Source: Psammoneis japonica (Eukaryota). Taken from it: a stretch of DNA of 64,000 bases. Within the stretch, counting starts at the first letter, position 1. Every line of letters begins with the position of its first letter. The notes beneath the pieces are model-generated. The model had not been told where the DNA came from. It worked only from the letters and a program-made list of their open reading frames with translations, and made no database searches. This document shows, one piece after another, positions 12,993 to 24,939 of this stretch. The stretch lies in the NCBI GenBank assembly GCA_008632985.1, contig QPGO01000114.1, positions 62,001 through 126,000 on the forward strand. The letters run 5' to 3'. A program made the translations under genes and the position numbers.

Positions 12993-14395
12993 TAGAGATA
13001 TTTTAGAATGAAGTATTAGAAGCATCGACTTGTGCGAAGGCACTGGCTCCGACAGCGCGGCGTTAGCTGCCAATTATGAAGCACTTGGGTGTAGAGTGCT
13101 GTGACGGATGTACGTGTTGTTAATACAGTAAGCTAGAGTGGATCCAAGGTTGTAAGCTGCCGGTAGCTACCTAAGAGGGAGTTCTACTCTCCATAGTTGC
13201 ACTGTAATTACTTCTAGTACAGCCCCCCCAGAGAGCGCTGCTTCTCTAGAGAGAGTATAGTAGGTAGAGTTTTGACCTGAAGACAATCCTATCTATTCGC
13301 GTCTGCTTCGCGTCGCTGTCCACTTGAACACAGAGTTCCCGCAAGTGAGTGCGTGTCAAACGGTTGCCGGCGAGACTTAAGATTGCACTGTCCAACTTAC
13401 CCAATCACGTTGACATGCGCTCACAATAATGACGGGGCGCATTGTCCCAACGTCATAGCCACCCATCACTCGTGAGAAGATTCATCAGCATCCATTCCCA
13501 AACCACTCTCAAGTAGATTTTGCGGCTGGCTAACTTAAAGTTCTACGGTAGTCGTCCCTCGCTAGCCCCCCGCATTCCTTTTGCTTCCATCTCCGAACCC
13601 CGCATCATTTACACCTTCCATAGACTACCTACGGCAAGTGTTGTCTCTTGTTTGGGCGACGACTGTCGCCATCCTCGCTATTCGAATGCTTCTTCCTCCC
13701 CTCAGACGTGTGCCACACCTTGAAAACCCACGCGGCCAACTGACTAGAAGTAAGAACGCCCTTGCAGAGAACCTTGCTTAGGCTGTCTCTTGTGCAGCTA
13801 AGCGCTTCAGGTGCTTTCCCAACGTGATTATGGTTTGACCAGAAAACCAAGCACGAAGCGCCCCCAAGATGGCCTGCACGTTGCGACGTAGTGCCGTCCT
13901 ACTCTCTTCTGGTTCACGTTCATCTGTCTTTGTAACAACAATATATGTAGTGTCGTCAACCCAAACGAGCTAGTAGTCTCCAATGCCAGACAAACAACCA
14001 TTGATGTATCGTGTGTCGACAATCGTATCAATGCCGCAAGCACGATAGGTGAACTCTTTTGACATGCCTAACTTCAACGGTCCATTGCAGGGTAATCAAG
14101 ATCGATTGTGGACAGGCCATTAAGAAGAATGTTTGGCATTGACATTAGAGGATGCGCAATGGGGTGTCTTTTCGTAAAACGAAGGAGAAGACACAAGCAA
14201 TGCTGTACCGACCTTGTTGCGTCCAAAACAGCGTCTAACGTCTTGGCCCAAAGCCGCGTTTGGAAGAATCGTCTTGTGCGAAAGACACACCCGACTCGTT
14301 TGATGCGTCTGGATCAACGATGAAGAAGATGAAGAGGAATAGTTTGTATTTGTATAAAGCTAGAGCTACAACTCGTGACCATGGGTTCTGCCAGC

Positions 14396-14880
14396 TTAAA
14401 GCCCTGCTGCTTTGTGCAGATTTTCCACCATGGTATGCAACTCTTCTTGTGTATTCTTTGTGAAAGAACCTTCCGACATGAATGGTCCAAAAATGTGTTT
14501 CTCTAGAGGTTTTCTATCCAGGTAAAAGGCTTCACCCTCCAAGTTTTTGCTTTCAGTTGCCATTAGCCACGCAATACCTTCTGTGCCCTGCCACGGCTCA
14601 CGCATTGGTTCAAGATACTTTTTTAGCCCTCCCAGCGAGGAATCCACCACAGGTGTGCCGGTCCATCTAGGACGACATGACACCCAAGTAGGCGCTCCGG
14701 AAAACTTTTTCATCCACTCTTCAGCCAACAGAGCCTAAAGAAGCGAGAACGAGGATAGGGATTTTGTTTTACACCGTGGCTCTTTCCCACGACAGCGACG
14801 ACGGCGACAATGTCGGACGACTCAACCTGTCCTCTCTTTGCATACGCAAATTGACCATCATACTTCTTTGTGCTGTCCTT
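14396..14880 (-). pseudogene. Short-chain dehydrogenase/reductase (DHRS12-like) C-terminal fragment
   Basis: YDGQFAYAKRGQV (YxxxK region with a deletion), degenerate HPGW..TP (CRPRWTGTP), EGIAWL, FYLDRKP. No N-terminal Rossmann motif seen. Confidence 0.65.
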
Positions 14881-16473
14881 CGCGCTAGTCATCATCGTCG
14901 TCATCCTTATCATTCGCCTGCGACTCTCGTCCGATGAATCTGAATCAAAAAGATGCTGGGTCTAAAACGTTCAACCTATATATCACGGATATTCTTGCAC
15001 AAGGTCGCAAAATTGGTACCCGTCATGAAAGCATCAAACTCGGCCTCGGACTCTTGTGTCGACAAGGGAGCTTCGCCATTTCCTTGGTTGATGAAATATA
15101 ATCAAGAAGTGCTCACTCGAAAGGACTTTTGTATCGTACACGACGGGAAAGGAATCGTGGTCAAGTCTTTTGGTCTCCTCGTATGAGTCGGACAGCTTTT
15201 GTCAATGAAAGTGCGTAAACATAAACATCAAATCCACCCATCCATTATGAAACACAATTGGAACTTGGCGTCCAGTCCTTGTTACGGATGCTTCGTGTTC
15301 CAAATCAATCTCGCTTGCTTCCGAAACGAGCTCGACAGAATTTGCCTAGTGTAGGCCTCGGCAGGCATTGGAGAGTGCATAAAAGACACGCCAAAAGCCC
15401 ACTTGTTCCAACATGAAAATTTCCCACTTTTACTTGGCGAGTAGGGAGTCGGATACAACGTTGTTCTTGCTGCTCAAGTCGGGGTATTCGGATTGAATCG
15501 ACTCTTAGAGGGAACGACGAAGAAATGAAGATTGGCCATGCCCGCGCAAAAAATCTGATATCATCAAGTCGTGTCAGTACCACCTTGCGGCGATTCTTGC
15601 CGTTGGATATGGGCGACTCTTCTCCCTCGGCCTCTCATTATTTCAACTGAATCAATTCCTTGATGTGCTTTGACATGAACGTCTCGGCTCGCACCAGCTA
15701 TCCCGATTGTTGGCGAGCTTCTTTCAAAATTGCTTGTAGAAGGTGCGACGGGGTTAATGCAGTAGGCGTTGGACATTGTAGTCTACAAAATAGAATCCCC
15801 AGGAGCCGTTTTTTGCCATCATCCATCATCGTCGAAATCAAATTTCGCCGACACACCGTGTAGTAGTATGGGAGTCGCGTGTCACGAGTCACGACGGGAA
15901 ATGAACAACTTCTTCGCATTCCTTTTCGATTCGTCGTCGCTTCCGAACTCGGGAATTTCTCCTGATCAATCTTAACGAGAAGCTGAAAAAAAAGACAAAC
16001 ACAGAAAAACTAAAATGACAGTGCCAGCGACGCGAGAAGCACACAAATAACAAAAAGTGCTTGTTCAGCTAGAGGATTGCCCTGCTCCTGTGACGTGTTT
16101 GTTCCTGCTATTCTTGAACGATAATCTGGATCCACATAGCGTTCAAGACTCGGATGAAACAAACTACGAATGTCCACAGCAGTGAAAGACGTCACGCTCA
16201 TTCTTCTCGACGTCTAGTAGAAGTAGAAGCGCTTCTTCTGCACGGTAGATTCCTTCTCCTTCATACATGAGAAACGACACAATAACCAACACAGTTCTTA
16301 GGCCACAACGGATTGCTTTGCTCGTCTTCCAACTCGTGTTGATGAGTTATACAGTAGAAGGCAACGAATGAATCAACCGCATCGTGTTATTCAGAGGTAC
16401 GAAAGCGATGCTTTTCCCGGTGCCGGTAGGTCTCGAGGTCCACTGCTGCTTTGAAAAAACCGATGGACCGATG

Positions 16474-16567
16474 GACCTCGCGAAAAAACCGTTGGACCTC
16501 GCGAAAAAGCATTAGACCTCGCGAAATAGTAGCATTAGACCTCGCGAAAAAAGCATTAGACCTCGCG
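16474..16567. repeat. Five tandem ~20-23 bp units with core GACCTCGCGAAAAA
   Basis: Directly visible. Inverted copies of the core (cgaggtc) flank it at ~16434 and ~16595. Confidence 0.85.
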
Positions 16568-16629
16568 GCTTGCTCGCTCGCTCGCGGGTGAGTTGCGAGG
16601 TCTGAGGTCCAGACAAAAACCATTAACGA

Positions 16630-17637
16630 TGAACAAGGAACAAGCACCGCATAGCACCATGGCCATGGCGCTGGAATTCACAACAACACTGTCGGCAGTC
16701 GGCAGTCTTGAGGAATTTGCTCAAGACGGCCCACTTGCAAAAGGATATTTACTTTTCAGGCTTTTTTCACACTGGAACTTTCTCGATTTCTTTGATCAGC
16801 AAATAGGAGTAGGAGCATCCTAACAAGAGCTGACGAATACCGTCTTGACTTAAGCGCTCGATCCTCGTGCTCCAAGTCGTCTCCTTGGAGGAGCCATTCA
16901 CGCACTTATTCACTTGGGTTATGCTTGTGAGCTCGTCACAAAGGAACCAGAAACGGCTCGACTTTTGTTGATTGAGGCCTTGGCCATGCAGTGTACGACT
17001 AAAAATCAATCTAGACGGCTATCGAATCTCTCAAGCATCTGGACGAGGTCAACAAAATGGAACCGCCACTGGAAACGTCTGGCGGAAATCGCGTCTTGCA
17101 TGTATTGAGTGCCATGAGTGCTGACCCGGCGCTGGTAGATGTGCCGACACGAGACACTCCCGATAAGGTCGACTAAAACATTTCTCGTTCGACGCGATGC
17201 AAAAGTACTACAACATGTTTCCCGTGACAGACGTCCAAACTGCCTTTGAACATATATTCCTTGGAGCATTGGCAATTGTATTTGGTACCATTTCTGCCAC
17301 TCCTGGCAAGGAGCAATTTCCCTCCAAGACAATAGCAACGTTGCTGCTGCCACATTGTGCCGATATCACTGTAGCCATGTTGGCATGGCATCGTGCTCGT
17401 GGCTACCCTACCATTGACATTGCAAACATCATGAATCAACCGGCAGACTTGGATTGGAACGAATGCGAGTTGCAACTTCGTGCGAATCCTGCCTTGGAGG
17501 TTCGCAGTCTCAATGTGTTGCGAGCGCTTGAATTGGCCAAGTCCGAATTTTTGGATGTCGATGCAATCAAGAGAGGTCTACTGCCCGGAGCTGACGAACG
17601 AGTTTGGCTCATTTGTGCGAACATCCTATTCAAGTAG
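16630..17637 (+). pseudogene. Questin oxidase-like (DUF4243/HypA-type) gene, frameshifted
   Basis: FLDFFDQQI ... GGAIHALIHLGYACE ... LLIEALA match the family signature HxLIHLGY. C-terminal ORF 17197-17637. Pieces lie in different frames. Confidence 0.6.
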
Positions 17638-17691
17638 ATTGATATTGGAGCGATAGGTGGGATTATTATGGTGGTAGCTAATAAACGCCGT

Positions 17692-18070
17692 GCTCGACCT
17701 ATTGACACTACAGTGTGTACGTTGGATGTTTGCAGGTACAGTATGGGCACGGGCGGCAGCTGTTTTTCCAGAGGAAAAGTAGCTACAGTAATCTAGAGAG
17801 GTGAGATTACAAGTGCATGCAGTACATTTTCGTTATTCCTTGTTGTACGTACGAGTACTGTACCTCTAAAGATTCATTACGTTGCATGCCATGCTCGACC
17901 TACCAACCTGACAGTGTGTACGTTGGATATTACTCTAATAGGTATGGATACAAGGAGCAGCGCTTTTTCTCTAGTGGATGAAAGTAGCTCTCTAGAGCTA
18001 GGTGCGAGATTACAGATACGCGCCGTACATTTTCTTTATTCGATATTGTGAGAGGTACCTCTGAAGATTC
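17692..18070. repeat. Degenerate ~200 bp tandem duplication
   Basis: gctcgaccta..cagtgtgtacgttggat..aaagtagct..gagattaca..gtacattttc..ttattc occurs at ~17692 and ~17893. Confidence 0.7.
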
Positions 18071-18200
18071 ATATTGTTCTCAAGAAACTTTGCATGTTCA
18101 GCAGCGGACGTGGACAACGACTTCGGTTGCGTACAAAGGAGACAAGGAAACTTTATTCTGTAGAAAGTTAAGAAGGTCCCTTTAAATTTAACTTTCAATA

Positions 18201-20192
18201 TCAAGCCCTCTCTCGTGTAACTTTACCTTTGAAAACATCATAGTGTGGTGCAGGCTCAGAGAGCAGAACTCGGCTGCCCCGCTCATACATTGGTGCTGCT
18301 GGCCTAATTGCGTTGCACGGTGGTTGCATCAAGGGCAAAGAGTTAGCTTGGGGAGTGTCTTTCAATGCTTTCATGGCGATGTGCATAGCCACGTGTGGGT
18401 GAAGTTCATAGAATTGGGCCTGAGCGTTGAAAGCGCCAATCACCCCACCGTTGTCTAAAACCGCTTTCAACAATGTCTGCGCAACAGCATTCTTGCCCTT
18501 GAAGCTGGAGAAACTCTTGTATTTTCGTCGGAAATCAGCAGCCAACATACGAAACCTTTTGTTGCCTGGATGGCTAACATTGCTACCCACGTTGACTATA
18601 ACATCCTTGTCTCTTGCTCCACGTTGAAGGAAACCCCCTCTTCCGTTCTCGACGGGTCGGTCGCCAGTCCACGTTGACGGTGGTTCCGCAAAATCTTTTC
18701 CAAACTGTCGAACTCTATCCAAGGCCATTGGGACTCGCAATTCCACATCAGGGCGAGGCTCAAGCTGCTGCTTTTCTGATTGGCTCTTGTTTGCGGTACG
18801 CATACTGATCCAATCTACCCACTCCTTGCTGCGTAGTTGTAAGTGGTGAGCATCCTTCCGAAAGCCGCGACTAAACGCCTTCGGGCTGAGACGTTGCAAA
18901 CAGACTCGAAGCTTGGTCGGTATGGCTGTACATTCACCCAAAGAGTGATGATAAGACATTCCATGCAGCCATGTCACAAGCTCCGATGGATTGTCCAGAA
19001 TCTTTTCCTCAAGAATCAGCTTGGGAGGGTCAAAATCTCTTGATGTACCTGTTGTAGACTGTTCTTCTCGTCCATGACAGAAACGGCATTGAAGCTTCAT
19101 TCGAAGGTGTTTTGGAGTATGCACATCCGAGCGCGTCTCGGTTTCAGCCGCGGTAGGAATCTTTTCCGTAATCTCCCAACAATCCAACATGCGCGAAACA
19201 AAGGGAGATTCAACTGTGCATTCAGACCACGGAATCTCATTCAAAGTACATACAGCACGTTCTTCAATCCCATTGACTTCATCACGGCGCTTCAGAACTG
19301 CCGATACGACAGCCTCTTGCAGTTCTTGAAAATATTCGTCAGGAATTTCTGGAGGAGCCACTACAGGGGGTGGTTGCACCCTAGGTGATGGCAACACAGG
19401 ATTAATTTCTTGGTTAAAGCCAAAGAGCCGGTACGAATTGCAATACCATCGAACGAATTGCTCTAACGGTATCATGGGATGCTTCGACGATGTCGTTGAT
19501 GCCTTTAACAGTTCGTTTTTGTTGTAATCATCAACAAATGGACAACCGTCTTGGTGCTTTGCGATGCTTTCAAGCGCATTAAGCAAGGATGCACGATCAT
19601 TCGCGAAGCAGGTCGAACCTGGTATCGCATATGCCTTTGGTAGAGCTGAACAGTAATTGCACCTTACTCCCAGAACGGACGAGAAGTTCTTGAGAAACAA
19701 GGATCGCATAGCCTGAGTCATGGTTGTGCAACAGAAATGGGCTTCTGCCGTCATCCCATTCTGAACATTCACTTCTTGGGGATGTCTACTCCGGAACTGA
19801 AATTTCACGAGCTGCACATTCTGAATCAATGAAGCGTTGCGGTTCGATAGCTGGTGAAGATACTGCACGTGCAGCGAGGTTGGGTTTCTGCTGGTAGGGA
19901 ACATGCAGCAATGCGTTGGCATGGCATCCAAAATCCACATATTGTCGTTTTGAGGATTGGTGTTCTGTAGTCGAGAGTTAAGATGAGAATAAGGATGCCG
20001 CAGAAGTGGCTGGCGATTGCTATTGACTGTTGGAATATACCCCTGATTCGAGTGCTTCCGAAGAGCTCCGTTTTTTTCCATTGTTGGTGTGCAGTATCTC
20101 TCCTTATTGTTATCACCTCGTTGCAACAAACTATGCAAGCTTACAGTATGGGAGGCTGAAGGATGATGGCCGATGGCTGGTGAGAGCGACAA
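18201..20192 (-). CDS. DUF6824-domain protein (start may be the ATG at 20081)
   Basis: Long ORF. C-terminal 'DVIVNVGSNVSHPGNKRFRMLAADFRRKY...K..VAQTLLKAVLDNGG' is the DUF6824 signature; CxxC/H clusters upstream. Confidence 0.78.
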   Translation of the reverse strand: MSLSPAIGHHPSASHTVSLHSLLQRGDNNKERYCTPTMEKNGALRKHSNQGYIPTVNSNRQPLLRHPYSHLNSRLQNTNPQNDNMWILDAMPTHCCMFPTSRNPTSLHVQYLHQLSNRNASLIQNVQLVKFQFRSRHPQEVNVQNGMTAEAHFCCTTMTQAMRSLFLKNFSSVLGVRCNYCSALPKAYAIPGSTCFANDRASLLNALESIAKHQDGCPFVDDYNKNELLKASTTSSKHPMIPLEQFVRWYCNSYRLFGFNQEINPVLPSPRVQPPPVVAPPEIPDEYFQELQEAVVSAVLKRRDEVNGIEERAVCTLNEIPWSECTVESPFVSRMLDCWEITEKIPTAAETETRSDVHTPKHLRMKLQCRFCHGREEQSTTGTSRDFDPPKLILEEKILDNPSELVTWLHGMSYHHSLGECTAIPTKLRVCLQRLSPKAFSRGFRKDAHHLQLRSKEWVDWISMRTANKSQSEKQQLEPRPDVELRVPMALDRVRQFGKDFAEPPSTWTGDRPVENGRGGFLQRGARDKDVIVNVGSNVSHPGNKRFRMLAADFRRKYKSFSSFKGKNAVAQTLLKAVLDNGGVIGAFNAQAQFYELHPHVAMHIAMKALKDTPQANSLPLMQPPCNAIRPAAPMYERGSRVLLSEPAPHYDVFKGKVTRERA

Positions 20193-20718
20193 CGGCGGGC
20201 TGATACGCTACTGTACGTATGGTATGATGCCATGGCGCTTACTCAGCTTTTACCGTACTTGAACCAGAACGAAGAACGAACGACGAACGAGATGGAGTTT
20301 TATTATTTTATTTTTTTATTTTCAGTTTTCAGAGTCAATCCTTCGACCGTCACCTAGTCGATTGATTCGAATAGTGATTCTGATTATTCGAGCTCTCCAA
20401 ACGAGCTTTCCGCTAAATGGAAAATCTGGAAAATTGACGATTGACGGTTGACGGTCAAACAAAAATCTTGCAGCACCAGCCAGCGAGCGCAGCGCCAGGC
20501 ACGCACCAGGCACCAGCGCAGCTAGCCACAAAACAACTCTTGGCGGTGCACTTGACACTAAAGACTAGACCTAATCGCAAGGAAGCTCTCCGTTGGATAA
20601 TCACCGATTAAAGCGAACGTTGACAAAGTCGTAGGTAACGGCAAAACGGGAAACAAGAAACGGAGAGTGGTGAACTTGAGCGTCGCACAATTTCAGAGTC
20701 ACCCTCACACCACACACT

Positions 20719-22110
20719 ATGAAGTTTTCTGGCCTATTGGTACTTTTGTTCACAACTTCAAAAGTATTGCCTGATCCTTCATCCAGGCCTTATGTTCCAT
20801 TTAGAACATCACCTTTTGATCAGTTTGTCGATCATGAAGTAGAGTATACTGCCAATCAAGCAAGACGCAGAGTTCGAAAACACAGTCGCAGCATGCTTCA
20901 GAAGGGCATGAGGAGGGTCCTCTGCAGTTAACTCTCGGCGTCTCAAAACGGTCCCACCACAATCACAATTTTGATGACAGAAAGAAGAAAGATACACCCC
21001 AGTCATTTATCCCGTCTATCCTTCTTGGGGGGGGGGGGCGGCAAGTTCTGTATTCATATGCTACCCAATAAGAGCATTTGGCTTGGATTTGCTCACACCA
21101 GCGTCTGCGGCACAGTTCATGTCTAACTCTGCAACGACTAAGAGTGTAAAGGAAGGTCTGGCGCAACAAGAGGACTTTCCGCCACTGTTCGAATCGAGCT
21201 CTTTTCATGCTTCTCCCATTGTACATGACATTAATGACAACGGGATCAAACCGATGGATGGAATCGAGACTCAATGAAACACTACAGCATAGCGAGGGCC
21301 ACGAGAGCGTCACGGTTGATGAAAAGGATCCTTGCCATTTTTATTAATATTTTGTATACTCTACAAACACCAATCATGACAAAATATTGCGAGGAGTGAC
21401 AGCCAATCTTATAATGGGGCAAGATAACGCTGACCTTAAGGGGTTGGAAGAGCGACGGAAACGCACGGTCCATCACAATCGCTCGCAAGAGGGAAGCAGT
21501 CACGTTGAAGCTGACCTTGAACAGAAAAATGATTTCGAGGGTCACCACCAAGAGGACCACCGTTTAGAAAGTGAGCAGCACCAAGAGGAAGCCCGGTACG
21601 CTCGACGGATGCAAGAGCAAGATATAAGAGGGGGGCATGACCATGGTGAACACGACAGCGCCTTAATTGATGAACATAGAACCGTGGACGAAGTAATGGG
21701 TAGATGATGATATTGAAAATGAAAGGAACCCCTACCGAGACGATGACTTGGTCATTGCCAATCATCATTATGAGGATGAGAACGAGGAGGCCTCTGGCGA
21801 AGACAAGCCGCCGGATGAACACCATGACATGCATCTCATGGACGACGATTATTGTAGCGTGTATGACGACATGTGCATGGGGGCGCACGATGATTTCTAC
21901 GGAGGTGGACACACAAGTGGATTGCTACGATGAGGAGCATTACGTTCGCACCCCACCGCATGTTCTTTGCGACCCTATCTTGGTCGAGATGCTCAAACCT
22001 TACGCCAGGGATTTAAATGAATACTTTGGTGTCTGTATCGTTGCTGTCAGCTATTACCTGGATGGGGATGAGTACGAAGGTCACTGGATGAGGATGAGTA
22101 CGAAGGTCAC
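20719..22110 (+). pseudogene. DEX1-like (FG-GAP repeat) gene fragment
   Basis: FPPLFESSSFHASPIVHDINDNG and YVRTPPHVLCDPILVEM...IVAVSYYLDGDEYEG resemble DEX1 family motifs. Stops and frameshifts lie between the pieces. Confidence 0.6.
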
Positions 22111-22690
22111 TTCTCCTACAAGCGCTTTAAAAATACCGAACGCGGAGACGAAACAGAGACTCAACTCGAAAAACGCGCAATTGTTTGCCGAATTTTCACC
22201 AACACCGACGACGACACAACGAGAGATACTTTCTCTCCCCTTCGATAGCAAGAAGGGTAGAGCGGTGGCGAAACAACAACACAAGGTGAGACTACATCAT
22301 GATTGTCGTGATTTATTGCTGCCGCCAACTCGCTGGTAGTGAAGCGATGCGCGGCTGAAGTAGAGGCGAGCTCTGCTTTAATTTGTTGTTTGTGATCTTG
22401 TCTTTGGTGATTCTGGTTTTCGCTGTTGGTATCAAGAAAACTCGCTACAACTACAGCTCAAAGAGAGCAGCCGCAATAAGGTACGTGTATCCCATGAAAA
22501 TTCTCCAAACCAAGGAATCCGACACTGCTTGACGCTCGCCCAAGACGGATCGCCACTATTTTGCTGGAGACAAGCGCTCGTCACCGATCGAAAGGATGAA
22601 GCAAGCTGCGAGATAGTCGTTGCCGCAACCGCCTTACACTCGACTACAGACGCGCCCTCAGCCGTTGCCTCATCTCTTCACTCAAATACC

Positions 22691-24615
22691 ATGAATGCGC
22701 CTGCAGTATCTCATGTCAATTTTTTCTCTTTCATTTCTTCACCATCCTCAAGCCACCAGCGCCAATCTGCACCAGCTCCAAGCCATTTCTATCACCGTCG
22801 ACTCAGTCATCATGCCTCGCGAAATTGTCTACAGGGCCTATCAAATAGAGCCGTACAAACAAAAAGTCCGGGATGCAAGAGACCACGGAGAGGCACCGCC
22901 AAAGACCTTTACCGTCACCAATGGCAACGCAAAGGAAAAGATTATTATCTTCAAAAAGACAGGGCCGATTACCGTGTAGAAGAAGACACTGATCGCCTCT
23001 ACAATGGATTTGTCACCGACCTTTCCTCCTGCGAGCTTGATGAACCCTACTGCTGTCTCTCCAAAGACTATGAAGAAGACCACACCCTTTTGAAAGCTAT
23101 ACGCTGAAGCAATGTGGTCACCATCCAAATCTTGCAGCAAATCTGATTGCCAATAGCAATTTGAAAAGACACTACGGGCCCTGTGGCTGGCTCGTTTCGA
23201 CTCGTCACCCTCGGCCTTTTTGGAGACGTGGGACCACAAGGCCTTTGCCAATCTTTTGCAGCGTACATGGATCAGTGTGTCCAGGGCAAGACCAGGGAGG
23301 AGCTCCTTTCCGTACAGCAGGGGCTTATCGACAACAATATCCGCCTGAAGTTGGATGCAACCAACGAAAGCCTTTGTACGATGAAGGACCAGCTTGTGCT
23401 AACTAAATCTCAGTTCCAAGACTTCGTTACATTGCAAGAAAAACGGGTCTCCGCACTGGAAGAAGGGCTTGCTGGATCGGAGGGGCGTGTCACTGGAGTG
23501 GAGGGACGTGTCACTGGATTGGAGGGGCAGATGTCAGCGGTCCAGCATACCCAAGACGAGCATGCACGGTATTTGAAGGTCTTGCAGGAGCAGATCAACG
23601 AAATCCTTGCTGGCCAAGCTCATCCCCGTCTGACTGATACCAACATTCAAGATGATGGCGATGATATAGAGTCTTCGGCTGGTGAAGTCAATATCTTGGA
23701 AATGGCGTAGGACCACAATGTGCAAGAGATTCTCGCCCAGTACCGATTCGATGAGCTATGCAGCGACGAATACACCGATACACTTGTGACTCCTTCGGTT
23801 GGCAATGGTCCAGGTAGTCACGGTGCTGCTCTCCGGACTCTTCGGGATGGAGTGTGGTTGAACGACGCAGTCATCGATTCCTTCCTTCACCTACTGTCCG
23901 TGTGGTGCGGGGAAACGGAGTCGGATTTGGCTGTCAACAGCAAATTCTTTTCGATCTTCTTCTATTCTTGTCTGACTGATGGTAAACCGAACAGCACCAA
24001 GTCATTCGACTATGAAAAAGTGAAGCTTTGGACCAGAGGAAAGAAGAGTAAGGATTCAGAAGTCAATTGTATTTGCCTTTCTGATTGTTGTCTTTTTTCT
24101 TACCAATTTTGCAATTTTCTTCTCAGGCGTCCTTGACAAGGATATTGCTTTGGTGCCACTCAACATTAGCAGCATGCACTGTATCTTGGCCGTCATCAGT
24201 CTCGCACAGAAGAACATCCAGATCTATGATTCGTTGGGTGGACGTTATCCTAATATTCTCGTCAATCTCAAAAAAAAAACCTGAAACTAGAGTACTTGGA
24301 CAAGACGCAAGCCGTCATGCCAACTCCGCGAGCGTGGCAACGAATCGAATCCACAGCAGACACGCCGCGGCAGAGCAATGGTAAGCAAAAGATTGCACAA
24401 AAGTGTTGTCATTGTTGGCTGGAGCTAAATTTGACGTCTCGGATATTGTAGGATACGATTGTGGTGTCTTTGTGTGCATGAATGGATACGCTTTGTCGAT
24501 GGGAAAAGATCCTAAACAGTTCGATACTGAGTGGATCGACAGGGAGGGTCGAAAGTTTATCGCCGCGTCTCTCTTGAAGGGCACTCTCTTGAATGTATCG
24601 CCATTCCGTGACTAG
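22691..24615 (+). pseudogene. Coiled-coil + Ulp1/C48 SUMO protease gene with in-frame stops
   Basis: WLNDAVIDSF, FFSIFFYSCL, VPLNISSMHCILAVI..IQIYDSLG, Q.N|GYDCGVFVCM (intron 24381-24451). In-frame TGA at 23105, two more TGA before 23183, TAG at 23708, and a frameshift in the poly-A at ~24270. Confidence 0.75.
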
Positions 24616-24939
24616 ACCGAGAGAGGGCAGTGTATCATGCGAGGGTTCTTTGGTTTTGCTGGGTTCGGTTGAGTATGCTTGCGGTATCCTACTTCTGCAG
24701 CCACCATCATTCCAAGCAACCACCAAACAACGAAATACATACGCAGTTGGAATCAAGACAAGTCGAGTCTTCAATCAAGTCATTGCAAAGTCGGTCTTGA
24801 CCGGGAAACACACACACCAAACTGCCTAGATCATACTTCGAAGTAACAAAATCAAACAATGTTCACACGTATTCCTCCTTATCATCGTTCGAATTAGCTG
24901 AACGAAGCAGTGTTGGATCTCGTCGCAGCAGCAGAAACG

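Noticed and set aside
16474..16567. CRISPR array
   Set aside because: Units are ~21 bp with no unique spacers and no cas genes, in a eukaryotic context.
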